Source: an uncultured Solirubrobacteraceae bacterium
GTDB lineage: Bacteria; Actinomycetota; Thermoleophilia; Solirubrobacterales; Solirubrobacteraceae
Assembly: GCA_963837485.1 (NCBI GenBank)
Contig: CAWINP010000017.1
Location: forward strand, 21,885 to 85,884
Direction of reading: 5' to 3'
Length of the DNA: 64,000 nucleotides
In this document: positions 55,301 through 64,000 of the stretch, piece after piece
Layout of the letters: every line of letters starts with the position of its first letter
How positions within the stretch are numbered: position 1 is the first letter of the stretch
The notes under the pieces: generated by a model
What the model saw: the letters and a program-made list of their open reading frames with translations, nothing else
Database searches by the model: none
What the model was told of the DNA's origin: nothing
Made by a program: the position numbers and the translations under genes

Positions 55301-55556
55301 CTGGGCGGCCTCGTTTCTACACCCCACGCCGGATCACCCCGGTGCATGGCCTGTTCATACGCAGCCTCTTGTAGTTTCTACGCGCCACGTACCTGTGCAT
55401 GGGTGTGTGGACAACACGCCGACTTCCTCGCAAAGAGCGGGAAGTTCGCGTCCAGCGTGCATGTGCGTCACGAATCCGGGCCCGGTTCCGTCCGACCCGT
55501 GCGGGACCTTTTCCGGTCCCACGCGCACCCACGTAGCACTCGAAGGAGCCACGCGA

Positions 55557-55799
55557 ATGCCTCGCTCAACCCGCCACCGGCCGCCCACACGGCGCCCGCG
55601 CCGCCGCCGTCCGGCGCCGCCAGCCGCCGCGAGCCTGTTCGACGCGCTGAATACGCCCCACGAGGACGCGTCACTGCTCGAAGACCTCGTCGCGCTCGTC
55701 GCGCTCGGTCTGCTCGAGGAGCGCAGCTCGCCCGAGGGCACCGTGTTCGCGCTGACGGAGCTGGGGCTCCGCACGCCGGCGTCGCTCGAGCTCGAGTAG
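55557..55799 (+). CDS. Small hypothetical protein (partial winged-helix-like)
   Basis: RBS GAAGGAG and 'LVALGLLEE...FALTELG', a wHTH-like wing. Confidence 0.55.
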   Translation: MPRSTRHRPPTRRPRRRRPAPPAAASLFDALNTPHEDASLLEDLVALVALGLLEERSSPEGTVFALTELGLRTPASLELE

Positions 55800-56024
55800 C
55801 CGGGCACGTGCGCCCGCGGCGCCAGAGTCGTGGTCGATTCTCCTGCGCCGCCGGAGGGGTGACCTACGTTTCTCAAGCTATTTGCGAGGTTCGTGGTGCA
55901 CCCCGTTCGTTCGGAGCGCGGACGTGGTCGATCGTGCGCGGAGGCGGGATAGGCGTGATCGATCGCGCTCGCCCGTCCGGCGCAGCTCTCGCGGGAATCC
56001 TCGTCGCGCCCTAGGATCAGGTGC

Positions 56025-56294
56025 ATGTGTCGCAATATCCGCCAGCTCCACAATTTCGCCCCACCCGCCACATCGGAAGAGGTCCAGGACGCCGCGCTGC
56101 AGTACGTGCGCAAGATCAGCGGCTCGACGAAGCCCTCGCAGGCGAACGCGGCGGCGTTTGAGCGGGCGGTGGCGGCCGTGACCGCGGCGACGCAGCAGCT
56201 GCTCGACGATCTCGTGACGGCCGCGCCGCCGAAGGACCGCGAGGTCGAAGCGGCCAAGGCCCGCGCCCGCGCGGCCGCTCGCTACGCCGCGTAG
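56025..56294 (+). CDS. DUF2277 family protein
   Basis: 'MCRNI..L.NF.PPAT.EEV..AALQYVRKISG..KPS.AN'. Confidence 0.88.
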   Translation: MCRNIRQLHNFAPPATSEEVQDAALQYVRKISGSTKPSQANAAAFERAVAAVTAATQQLLDDLVTAAPPKDREVEAAKARARAAARYAA

Positions 56295-56341
56295 CCGGCG
56301 CTCGCCTCAGAAATGCGCGGCGCGTAGCCGCGAGCGCGTCT

Positions 56342-57358
56342 TCAGCTCTTGCAGCCGCTCGGGCGGCGGCCCGTCCACTCCCACTCGAGACGGCGCTTCC
56401 CCGCGACCGCGTCGAGCCTAGCGTTGTTGTAAACGAGCCGGTAGAGGCGGTCGTCCTTGAGCTCGGCCGGGAGGGCGTCGGACGCGAGCGCGGTACCGCC
56501 GTGCAGCCACTCGCGGTCATTGACGAGGTAGCCCTGGCCGGGCGCCATCGGCACCTCGATCGCCGCCTGCGCCAGCGCGCCGCGGACGCTCGCAGACCAC
56601 GGATGGCCGCCGTAGAGCAGCCCGTTGAACTGGTCGAAGTAGTCGCATTCGCCGGCGTCCACGCGCGCCTCCTCCATGCGCGCGCGGATCTCCGCCGGGA
56701 CTCCGGCGGCCTCGGCGATCTCCCACATCTCGTGCATCGGCAGCAGCAGAGACGCGCCCTGGCCCGGCACGACATGGTTGAAGACGGTGAACAGCAGCGC
56801 CGGGATCCACATGTCGGAGTGCAGCGCGAACGACCCGTCGTCGCCGGACGGACCCGTGGGTGCGGCGATCGCCGACGACTCCTCGCCGGAGATCGCCGCA
56901 AGAGCTCCCCGCAGCCAGCCGAACAGGTGCAGCGCCCCGTCAGCGCCGGGCCCATCCAGCATCCCGGTCAGGATGACCGCGTCGCCGGGCGGCAGCTCGT
57001 AGTGGTAGATCGCGCGGGCGAAGTCGAGCATCTCCCGGCGGAGCCCGCCGTCGAGGATCTCGTTGACCGGCACGTGCCACGTGAGCGTGTAGACGGTGTG
57101 CCCTTCGTGGCCCGACCGCAGCTTGCTCCACGCGACCTTCGCCCGCATCCAGACAGGCAGCGGCTCGTACGAGATCCGCTGCACCGGCCGCATGGTCCGC
57201 GCCTGTTCCGCGAACCGTCGCAACAGCGGCCGCCACTCCTCTCCCCAGCTCGCGTGAGGGAGCACGACCGGAGAGTCGGGCTCGACTTCGACGAGCGCGG
57301 AGGGAAGGGATGCGTTGCTCATGCTTGCCGCGCCTGCCGCGGCCAGTTGTGCCGTCAC
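56342..57358 (-). CDS. Hypothetical protein, possible TauD/TfdA-like Fe(II)/2OG oxygenase
   Basis: HxD 'ALHSD', distal 'LVNDREWLHGG' and 'RLYR'. Confidence 0.55.
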   Translation of the reverse strand: MTAQLAAAGAASMSNASLPSALVEVEPDSPVVLPHASWGEEWRPLLRRFAEQARTMRPVQRISYEPLPVWMRAKVAWSKLRSGHEGHTVYTLTWHVPVNEILDGGLRREMLDFARAIYHYELPPGDAVILTGMLDGPGADGALHLFGWLRGALAAISGEESSAIAAPTGPSGDDGSFALHSDMWIPALLFTVFNHVVPGQGASLLLPMHEMWEIAEAAGVPAEIRARMEEARVDAGECDYFDQFNGLLYGGHPWSASVRGALAQAAIEVPMAPGQGYLVNDREWLHGGTALASDALPAELKDDRLYRLVYNNARLDAVAGKRRLEWEWTGRRPSGCKS

Positions 57359-57436
57359 GGGCGCAGCTTCGGCACGTCCGGTTTGGCGACGGTAATGCGC
57401 CGGTTAAGCCTCGCCTACCCCGAATGGGGGAGTGCC

Positions 57437-59311
57437 TCAGGCGCCGTCCCACAGCCGTGCGCCGAGGCCTGAGGCACGAGCGATCGGGCGCTCGACGGCG
57501 GCGCGCACCGCGGCCTCAGTCCCGGCGAGGATGAGCTCGCGCCGGGCTCGGGTCACCGCGGTGTAGAGCAACTCGCGCGTGAGCACGCGCGAGCTGGGAT
57601 CGGGCAGCAGGACCGCCGCGGTCTCGTATTGGGACCCCTGGCTCTTATGGACGGTCATGGCGTACACGGTGTCGATCGCGGCCAGCCGCGTCGGCGGGAC
57701 CGTGAGCAGCTCTCCACGGCGCTCGAACGCCGCCGCCACGCCGTCCCCCGTAGCCACGATGACTCCCGTATCGCCGTTGTAGAGACCGAGCGCGTAGTCG
57801 TTCTCGGTCACCAGCAGCGGGCGTCCCGGATACCAGCGGCCGCGTGTCGCGAAGCCGTCGACCGCCTCGGCGAGCCAGCCTTCGATCCGCGCGACCCAGC
57901 TCGAGACGCCGTACGCGCCGCGCCGGTGCCCGCACAGCACGCGGAATCCGCCGAGCGCGGCGAGCGCGCTCGCGGCCTCCCCGGCGCGTGCGGCGCCGAT
58001 CGCCTCGCGCGCCGCGTGGACGGCGCGCTCGCGGACCGGAGCGAGGTCGGCCGCCTCGGCGACGTCGACCGGCAGCCAGGTGACGCCCGCGGGCGCCTGC
58101 CGCAGCACGTCGATCACGGCATCCGGATCGCCGCCGCGGACCGCCTCAGCCAGCTTGGCGATGCCCGCGCCGAAGCGATGCACGCGTTCGAGCACCACGA
58201 TCCCCGGCTCGCCCGGACGCACGATGTCGCCGAGCACGGCGCCCGCCTCGATCGAGGCCAGCTGCCCGGGGTCGCCGACCAGGATGAGGCGCGCGTCGGT
58301 GCGGACCGCCTCGACCAGCCGCGCCATCAGCGAGAGCGAGACCATCGACGTCTCGTCGACGATCACGACGTCGTGCGGGAGCCGGTTGCCGCGGTGATGG
58401 CGAAAGCGGCTGTGGCTCCCGGGCCGCCGCCCGAGCAGCCGGTGCAGCGTCATCGCCTCCAGGCCGAGGCCGGTCCCGTGCTGCACCGCCTCGGCGAGCC
58501 GCGCGGCCGCGACCGCGGTCGGCGCCGCGAGAGCGATCAGCGGCGGTCGTTCCGCTCGCTGTTGCGCGAGCCGCGCGACGATGTGGGCGACCGTGGTCGT
58601 CTTGCCCGTGCCCGGGCCACCGGCGATGACCGCGAAGCGGCGCTGGAGCGCCACGTCCACGGCCTCGCGCTGAGCGTCGCCTAGGGGCGGGGGCGTCGTC
58701 TCGGCGGGCGGCGCGGCGTCGGATTGCGCGGCCCCGGACGACGGCTCGGCCCCGGCGGGCGGCGGGGCGTCCACGAACGCGCGCAGGTCGGCGGCGAGCC
58801 GGCGCTCTTCGCGCCAGTAGCGGTCCAGGTAAAGGGCGCTCCCCTCGAGCCTCAGTGGGCCCTCGGCCAGCGGGCTGGCCGCGACCCGCCGCAGCCAGTC
58901 GTCGGGCTCCGGCCACGGAAGCGCCGCCAGGTCGACGGGCTCCTCGCCCTCGACCGCTGCGGTCTCGCGGATCGTCGCGAGGTCGACGTACACGTGTCCA
59001 AGCCGAGGCGCGCGTACGGCCAGCGCTGCGGCGAGCGCGACGTCGCCGTCCCAGCGCTGGGCGAAGGCGGCGAGCCGCACCGCGACGTGCACGTCGGCCG
59101 CGGCCAGGACGCCGGCGTCGTTGAACGCGCGCAGCGGCTCCGGAGCGGCGAGCACGCGTGCCGGGTCAAGTGGATCGCCCGAGGACGCGCGCGCGGACGC
59201 GGGCGCCGCGGAGTCGTGGCGCGCCAGATCGGCAGCGGCCGGCGGGCTGCCGTCGTCGCGGCGCGCCGAATCGGCTGTGGGCGAGGTCGGTGGATCGTGG
59301 CGGTCGCTCAC
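57437..59311 (-). CDS. recD: Exodeoxyribonuclease V alpha subunit
   Basis: Motifs 'LYLDRYW..E', 'GGPGTGKTT', 'VDETSM', 'GDPGQL', 'NGDTG' and 'TVHKSQGS...LLYTAVTRAR'. Confidence 0.93.
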   Translation of the reverse strand: MSDRHDPPTSPTADSARRDDGSPPAAADLARHDSAAPASARASSGDPLDPARVLAAPEPLRAFNDAGVLAAADVHVAVRLAAFAQRWDGDVALAAALAVRAPRLGHVYVDLATIRETAAVEGEEPVDLAALPWPEPDDWLRRVAASPLAEGPLRLEGSALYLDRYWREERRLAADLRAFVDAPPPAGAEPSSGAAQSDAAPPAETTPPPLGDAQREAVDVALQRRFAVIAGGPGTGKTTTVAHIVARLAQQRAERPPLIALAAPTAVAAARLAEAVQHGTGLGLEAMTLHRLLGRRPGSHSRFRHHRGNRLPHDVVIVDETSMVSLSLMARLVEAVRTDARLILVGDPGQLASIEAGAVLGDIVRPGEPGIVVLERVHRFGAGIAKLAEAVRGGDPDAVIDVLRQAPAGVTWLPVDVAEAADLAPVRERAVHAAREAIGAARAGEAASALAALGGFRVLCGHRRGAYGVSSWVARIEGWLAEAVDGFATRGRWYPGRPLLVTENDYALGLYNGDTGVIVATGDGVAAAFERRGELLTVPPTRLAAIDTVYAMTVHKSQGSQYETAAVLLPDPSSRVLTRELLYTAVTRARRELILAGTEAAVRAAVERPIARASGLGARLWDGA

Positions 59312-62300
59312 GCGCGGTCTCCTGCGTCGAGCAGGTCGCTGATCGCCGCGACGAGCGCGCCCGGGGGGCGGAAGGCGAAGACGCCGCTGCCCGGCGTTCC
59401 GGTCATCCCGCGGAGGAAGAGGTAGGCCGCGCCGGCGAGGTTGCGCTCGGGATCGTAGGACGGCAGCCGCCAGCGCAGGTACCGGTGGAGCGCGGCGAGG
59501 TAGAGCAGCGCCTGGAGTCCGTAGTGGGCGCGCTCCATCTCAGTCGCGAGCGCCTCGGGGCGGAGGTGCCAGGCGGTCACCTCCTCGCCGGGCGGCGCGA
59601 GCCGGTTGGTCTTGTAGTCCACGACCAGGAACTCGTGTCCGCGCCGCACGACGAGATCGATGCTGCCGGTGAGGTACCCGCGGACGCCATGGCGCAGCTC
59701 GGGATCCCCGAGCCGCTCGGCGTAGCCGCGCAGCGGGTCGCCCGGCGCGAGGTGCGCGCGCAGGAGGCCGCCGAGCGCGGCCGGCGAGAAGCTGCCAGAT
59801 GGCTCGTCGCCGCCCGCGAGCGGCAGCTCGAACGCGAGCTCGTCGAGGCGATCGGAGCGTGCGACGTCGCGCAGCCGCGGGCCGCCTGCGGCGAACGGCG
59901 TCTCGATCGCGGCGCGCAGCCCGGCCGCAACCAGCGCCGGATCGCCGATGTCGAGCGGCCGCCTTGCTCGGACCGCCTCGATCGCGCGCGCGAGCTCGGC
60001 GTCGAGATCGGCGGACGCGAAGTCCGCGGTCTCGAGCACGCGGTGGATGAATGTGCCGATGTCGACGCCGCTGGGCATGGACGCGAGGAGGGGCCGTGCG
60101 ACGCGGTCTCCGGCGGGCTCGGGCGGCGACGACGCGGACTCGGGCGAAGGCAACCGCGCGGACGCGGACGGCGTGGACGCCGATGACGACGGCACGGACG
60201 CCAACGGCGCGGACTCGGCCGGTGTCGGCGCCGACTGGGGCGGCGACGACGCGGACTCGGACGCCGGCGCGGCGTCGAACAGCGTGGGCGGTGAGGCGTC
60301 TGATGCGGCGCGCGCCGCCGCGGACGTCGCCGTGGATGGGGCGGTCGACGGCAGACGCCCGGCCGTGGATGGCGCCGGCGTGGCCGGTTGTGCGGCGGCC
60401 GTGGTGGCGGCCGAGGTGGATTCCTCGGCCGTGTCCGGCTCGTCGGCGACGACGGCCTCCTCCGGCTCGCTCGAGACCCGTGCCTCGTGGGCGAGGGCGG
60501 TGATGTCGCTGTAGGACGTCCGCCGCCACCCGGCGTCGAGCGAGCGGTCGAAGTCGGCGGCTCGCAACTCGGCGGCCGGCGCGGCGGACGCCGCCCAGCG
60601 GCGGGCGGGACCCGCCTCCGAGGACTCGACTGAGATGCAGCCGGGAGCGTCGAGCGCGAGCTCCTCGAAGCGGGCGCGGGCGTCGGCGTCGGTCGGCGTC
60701 GACGTGCCGAACGGCGCGACGTTCCCTGAAGCGTCGCGGGCGAACAGCAGGCGGCCCAGAGCCGAGTCGCGCGAGTCGCGCGACCCGGCCCACCAGACGA
60801 CCGCCTGATGCTGGGCGCGTGTCAAAGCGACATAGGCCAGGCGAAGGTCCTCGCCGCGCTGCTCGACCTTGTGCTGCAGCTCGTGCGCGCGGAACGCGGC
60901 GCCCTCGAGCCCGACGTCGACCGTCCGGAGGTCACCCGCCTCCGGGTCGTGATAGGCGACCGGCACGCGCGAGGGGATGAAGCCGGGCTCCCACAGGAAC
61001 GGGTAGTAGACGATCGGGAACTCCAGGCCCTTGGACCGGTGGATCGTCAACACCTGAACCGCCTCGGCGTCGGACTCCAGCCGCCGCGACCGCTCTTCGT
61101 CTCCGGTCTCCTCCTCCGCCGCCGCGATCCGCCGGCGAAGCCACGCCGTCAGCGCGGTCGTGCCGAGCTGCTCGGACACCGACGCCGCGTGCAGCAGCTG
61201 GGCCACGTGCCGGAGATCGGTCAGCCGCCGCTCGCCTCCGACCAACGCGAGCACGTGCGCGGGAAGCCCCTCGTCGAGGGAGATCGTCTCGGCCAGGGAG
61301 GCGACGCCGCGCACGCGCAGCACGCGCGCCCACTCGTGCAGGCGGCCGAACACCCTCTCCCACTCCTCGTCGTCGGCCGAGGCGACGCGCGCGGCGCTCC
61401 AGCCGAAGAAGCACGTCAGGGCGGCCGCCCGCGCCCTGCGCCCGTCCGACGGGCGCTCGATCGCCTCGAGCAGCCGCAGCCACTCGACCGCCGGCCGCGA
61501 GCCGAAGACGCTGCCGGCGCCATTGATGACCGCGGGGATGCCCGCGGCGTCCAGCGTGTCGCGCACCAGCGCCGCCGTCCGGTGCGTGCGGACCAGCACC
61601 GCGACGTCGCCCGGGCACGCGACACGCCCCTGCACCAGCGCGCCCGACTCGAGCAGCCCCACGAGGTCGTTCGCGAGATCGCGCGCGATCCATTCGCGCG
61701 CCGCCGCGTTGCGCGCGTATCCCTGCGGCGTGCGCTCGAGTCCTTCGCGCGACACCACGCGTAGCCGCAACGGCGCGCCGGCGCCCGACAGGCGCGGCTC
61801 GCGCGACGCGGCCGACACGCGCCGGTAGACGATCCCCTCGTGCCCGAGCCGCGCGCCGCCGAACAGCGCGTCGTAGGCGTCGATCAGCCCTTGGTCGCTG
61901 CGCCAGTTGACCGACAGCGTCGCCCGCACACCCGCCGACCCGGCCGCCGCCAGGTACGCGTAGACGTCGGCGCCCCGGAACGCGTAGATCGCCTGCTTGG
62001 GGTCGCCGATCAGCACCAGCGTCGACAGCCCGCCGCCGAACGCGCGCCGCATGATGTCCCACTGCACCGGGTCGGTGTCCTGGAACTCGTCCACCAGCAC
62101 GACCTTCCAGCGCGCCTGCAGCCGCGCCGCCACGTCCGCGCCGCCGGAGCCCGAGAGCGCGCGGTCGAGCCGAGTCAGCAGGTCGTCGTAGGTCATCACG
62201 CCGGCCCGCCGCTTGCGGGCCTCGAGCTCCGCCCGCACCGCCAGCGCGAGCCGCCGCCTCATGGCGGGAACGCCGTCGGCGGACGCCCGCACCGGTTCCA

Positions 62301-62853
62301 CCGGCGCCGCCGGGCTCTCGACGGCGGCGCGCGCGATGGCCAGCGCCTCGGCGCGATCGAACGGCGGCCGCTCCGAGCCGTGGAAGCGCCGCACGTAGAG
62401 ATCGTCGACGACCTCCTCGAGCAGGTCGCCGAGGTCCTCCACGAACGCGACGTCGCGCGCGTCGTCGCCGGCGATCCCAAGCCCGCCCAGGACCTCCTGG
62501 CAGAAGCCGTGCGTGGTGGCGATCGTCGCCGCGTCGAAGTCCGCGAGAGCGCGCGCGAGCCGCTCGCGCGCCAACCCCACGTCGCCGCCGGCGAGCAGCT
62601 CGACGATCTCGTCCTCGCTGACGCCCGTCTCCAGCCCGCGCTCGACCGCGACGAGCCGCTCGCGCACGCGCTCACGCAGCTCGCCGGTCGCCATCCGCGT
62701 GAACGTCACCAGCAGCAGGTCGCTCAGCCGCGTGCCCTCCGCGACGTAACGGGCGGTCAGCGCGGCGATCGTGTACGTCTTGCCCGTGCCCGCGCTCGCC
62801 TCCAGGACCGTCACGCCCCTCGGCAGCGGCCCGCCGACGTCGAACGCGCTCAC
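59308..62853 (-). CDS. recB: Exodeoxyribonuclease V beta subunit
   Basis: 'EASAGTGKTYTI', 'DEFQDTD', 'IGDPKQAIYAFRGAD', 'TIHRSKGLEF' and the nuclease motif 'GSIDLV...VVDYKTN'. Confidence 0.94.
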   Translation of the reverse strand: MSAFDVGGPLPRGVTVLEASAGTGKTYTIAALTARYVAEGTRLSDLLLVTFTRMATGELRERVRERLVAVERGLETGVSEDEIVELLAGGDVGLARERLARALADFDAATIATTHGFCQEVLGGLGIAGDDARDVAFVEDLGDLLEEVVDDLYVRRFHGSERPPFDRAEALAIARAAVESPAAPVEPVRASADGVPAMRRRLALAVRAELEARKRRAGVMTYDDLLTRLDRALSGSGGADVAARLQARWKVVLVDEFQDTDPVQWDIMRRAFGGGLSTLVLIGDPKQAIYAFRGADVYAYLAAAGSAGVRATLSVNWRSDQGLIDAYDALFGGARLGHEGIVYRRVSAASREPRLSGAGAPLRLRVVSREGLERTPQGYARNAAAREWIARDLANDLVGLLESGALVQGRVACPGDVAVLVRTHRTAALVRDTLDAAGIPAVINGAGSVFGSRPAVEWLRLLEAIERPSDGRRARAAALTCFFGWSAARVASADDEEWERVFGRLHEWARVLRVRGVASLAETISLDEGLPAHVLALVGGERRLTDLRHVAQLLHAASVSEQLGTTALTAWLRRRIAAAEEETGDEERSRRLESDAEAVQVLTIHRSKGLEFPIVYYPFLWEPGFIPSRVPVAYHDPEAGDLRTVDVGLEGAAFRAHELQHKVEQRGEDLRLAYVALTRAQHQAVVWWAGSRDSRDSALGRLLFARDASGNVAPFGTSTPTDADARARFEELALDAPGCISVESSEAGPARRWAASAAPAAELRAADFDRSLDAGWRRTSYSDITALAHEARVSSEPEEAVVADEPDTAEESTSAATTAAAQPATPAPSTAGRLPSTAPSTATSAAARAASDASPPTLFDAAPASESASSPPQSAPTPAESAPLASVPSSSASTPSASARLPSPESASSPPEPAGDRVARPLLASMPSGVDIGTFIHRVLETADFASADLDAELARAIEAVRARRPLDIGDPALVAAGLRAAIETPFAAGGPRLRDVARSDRLDELAFELPLAGGDEPSGSFSPAALGGLLRAHLAPGDPLRGYAERLGDPELRHGVRGYLTGSIDLVVRRGHEFLVVDYKTNRLAPPGEEVTAWHLRPEALATEMERAHYGLQALLYLAALHRYLRWRLPSYDPERNLAGAAYLFLRGMTGTPGSGVFAFRPPGALVAAISDLLDAGDRA

Positions 62854-64000
62854 GACAGCCGCTCGTGCTCGAGCAGCCCCCGCCACACGCGCGCGGCGAG
62901 CGAGGCGAAGCGCGGGTCCGCGAGCACCTCGTCAAATGACAGGGCGCGGCCGTAGACGAGCTGGTGCTCGGGCTCGGCGTCCTCGCCCGGCCGGTTCCAG
63001 CCGGACTCCCACACCGCGCGCGCGTCGTCGCCGGCCGCGTGCGCGGCCGACGTGAGGCAGTACAGCGGCAGCGGCTCGCGCATCCCGGCGTCGAAGATCT
63101 CGATCAGGGCGGCGAGCTCGGCGCGCGCGACGTCCACCGGCACCGGCGAGATGCGCGCCACGGCGATCGGAGCGTCGCGCGCGGTGCCGATCGTGACCGC
63201 CTCGAACGGGCGCTCCGCAGAGGCGGTCAGCGCGAGCAGCCGCACCCACGCGACGAGCCGCTGACGCGCGCGCAGCCGCGCGTAGGTGACCGTGCGGAGC
63301 AGGCCCTCGGAGACATTGGCGATCGTGCCGCGCAGCGTCCGGCCGGCGAGCGCGACCTCGACGTCGACCGTCCCCAGCTCCAGCTCGCCAGCCTCGCTGA
63401 CGATCGCCTCGACGACCGGGCTGATGCGATCGATCACCGGCTTGCCGAGCACGCGCGGCGGGAGCGTGCCGCGCGCGATCTCGGCGAGGATCGCCGTCCG
63501 CGCCTCCACGCCCGACAGCCGCGCCTCCAGCAGCCGCTGCCCGACGCCGTACGCGGCCAGCGGGCCGAGCTCGACCGGCAGCGCGTCCTCGACCTCGTCG
63601 GTGTAGTCGGCCGCGAGGATCCCGAGCCGGCGGCGCAGGAACGTCCGCACCGGGCGCTCCGCGAAGGCGACCAGGTCCGCGAGCTCGACGACCGGCTCGG
63701 CGACGCCCGGCAGCGGGCCCGAGAGGAACGGCGCCGGCGGCCGGCGCTCGCCGCACAGCGCGCGGGCGCCGTCCAGCGTCGTCGAGTCGAAGCTCCACGG
63801 CGCTTCCGGGGAGAAGTTACGCGGGTCGAACGGCTGCAGCGGATGCCGCACCACGACCGCCTCCCGCGGTACGCCGGAGCGCTCGACCATGTCCAGCAGC
63901 TCGCCGACCGGAACGGCCGGCGGCGTGGCGATGTTCGTGCGCTCGTCGTTGCCCGTGTAGGTGACGATCAGGCGGTCGGTCGCCGCCATCAGCGCGTCGA
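62850..64000 (-). CDS. recC: Exodeoxyribonuclease V gamma subunit (5'-truncated by window edge)
   Basis: 'HPLQPFDPRNF' and 'PVRTFLRRRLG'. It is coupled upstream of recB. Confidence 0.88.
   Translation of the reverse strand, partial: DALMAATDRLIVTYTGNDERTNIATPPAVPVGELLDMVERSGVPREAVVVRHPLQPFDPRNFSPEAPWSFDSTTLDGARALCGERRPPAPFLSGPLPGVAEPVVELADLVAFAERPVRTFLRRRLGILAADYTDEVEDALPVELGPLAAYGVGQRLLEARLSGVEARTAILAEIARGTLPPRVLGKPVIDRISPVVEAIVSEAGELELGTVDVEVALAGRTLRGTIANVSEGLLRTVTYARLRARQRLVAWVRLLALTASAERPFEAVTIGTARDAPIAVARISPVPVDVARAELAALIEIFDAGMREPLPLYCLTSAAHAAGDDARAVWESGWNRPGEDAEPEHQLVYGRALSFDEVLADPRFASLAARVWRGLLEHERLS

Noticed and set aside
55800-56024. 225-bp intergenic region as ncRNA or sigma-28 promoter (CTCAAG at 55872)
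   Set aside because: There is no GCCGA at the right spacing and no recognisable RNA motif by eye.

Overview
This is a very GC-rich actinobacterial chromosome segment. Gene content and protein style suggest Thermoleophilia/Solirubrobacterales (inference). Most genes are housekeeping genes on the minus strand: dnaG, dgt, ppdK, recO, mutM, deoB, xerD, pyrG, recN, nadK, tlyA, dxs, ispA, nusB, efp, pepQ, aroQ, an aroK-aroB fusion, aroC and recC-recB-recD. There is one tRNA-Asn and a type IV pilus cluster (pilins, pilM, pilD, pilN, pilO). The most notable signals are: (1) an HTH-HTH-Zn-HNH gene between dnaG and tRNA-Asn, with a perfect LexA-type box on its start and a stop codon inside a duplicated copy of the tRNA 5' end; (2) six evenly spaced sigma-28/WhiG-type promoters (CTMAAG-N15-GCCGAY) plus one weaker variant, in front of pilus genes and three unlinked genes, and a c-di-GMP-I riboswitch before the major pilin; (3) three tandem secreted blue-copper (cupredoxin) proteins with a shared RYLPWL signal motif, Thr-Pro stalks in two of them and a WxL-like C-terminal domain in two; (4) a MITE-like element and in-frame tandem-repeat expansions in core enzymes. 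Several frameshifts may be long-read sequencing errors. All calls come from reading the sequence by eye; no database searches were run.
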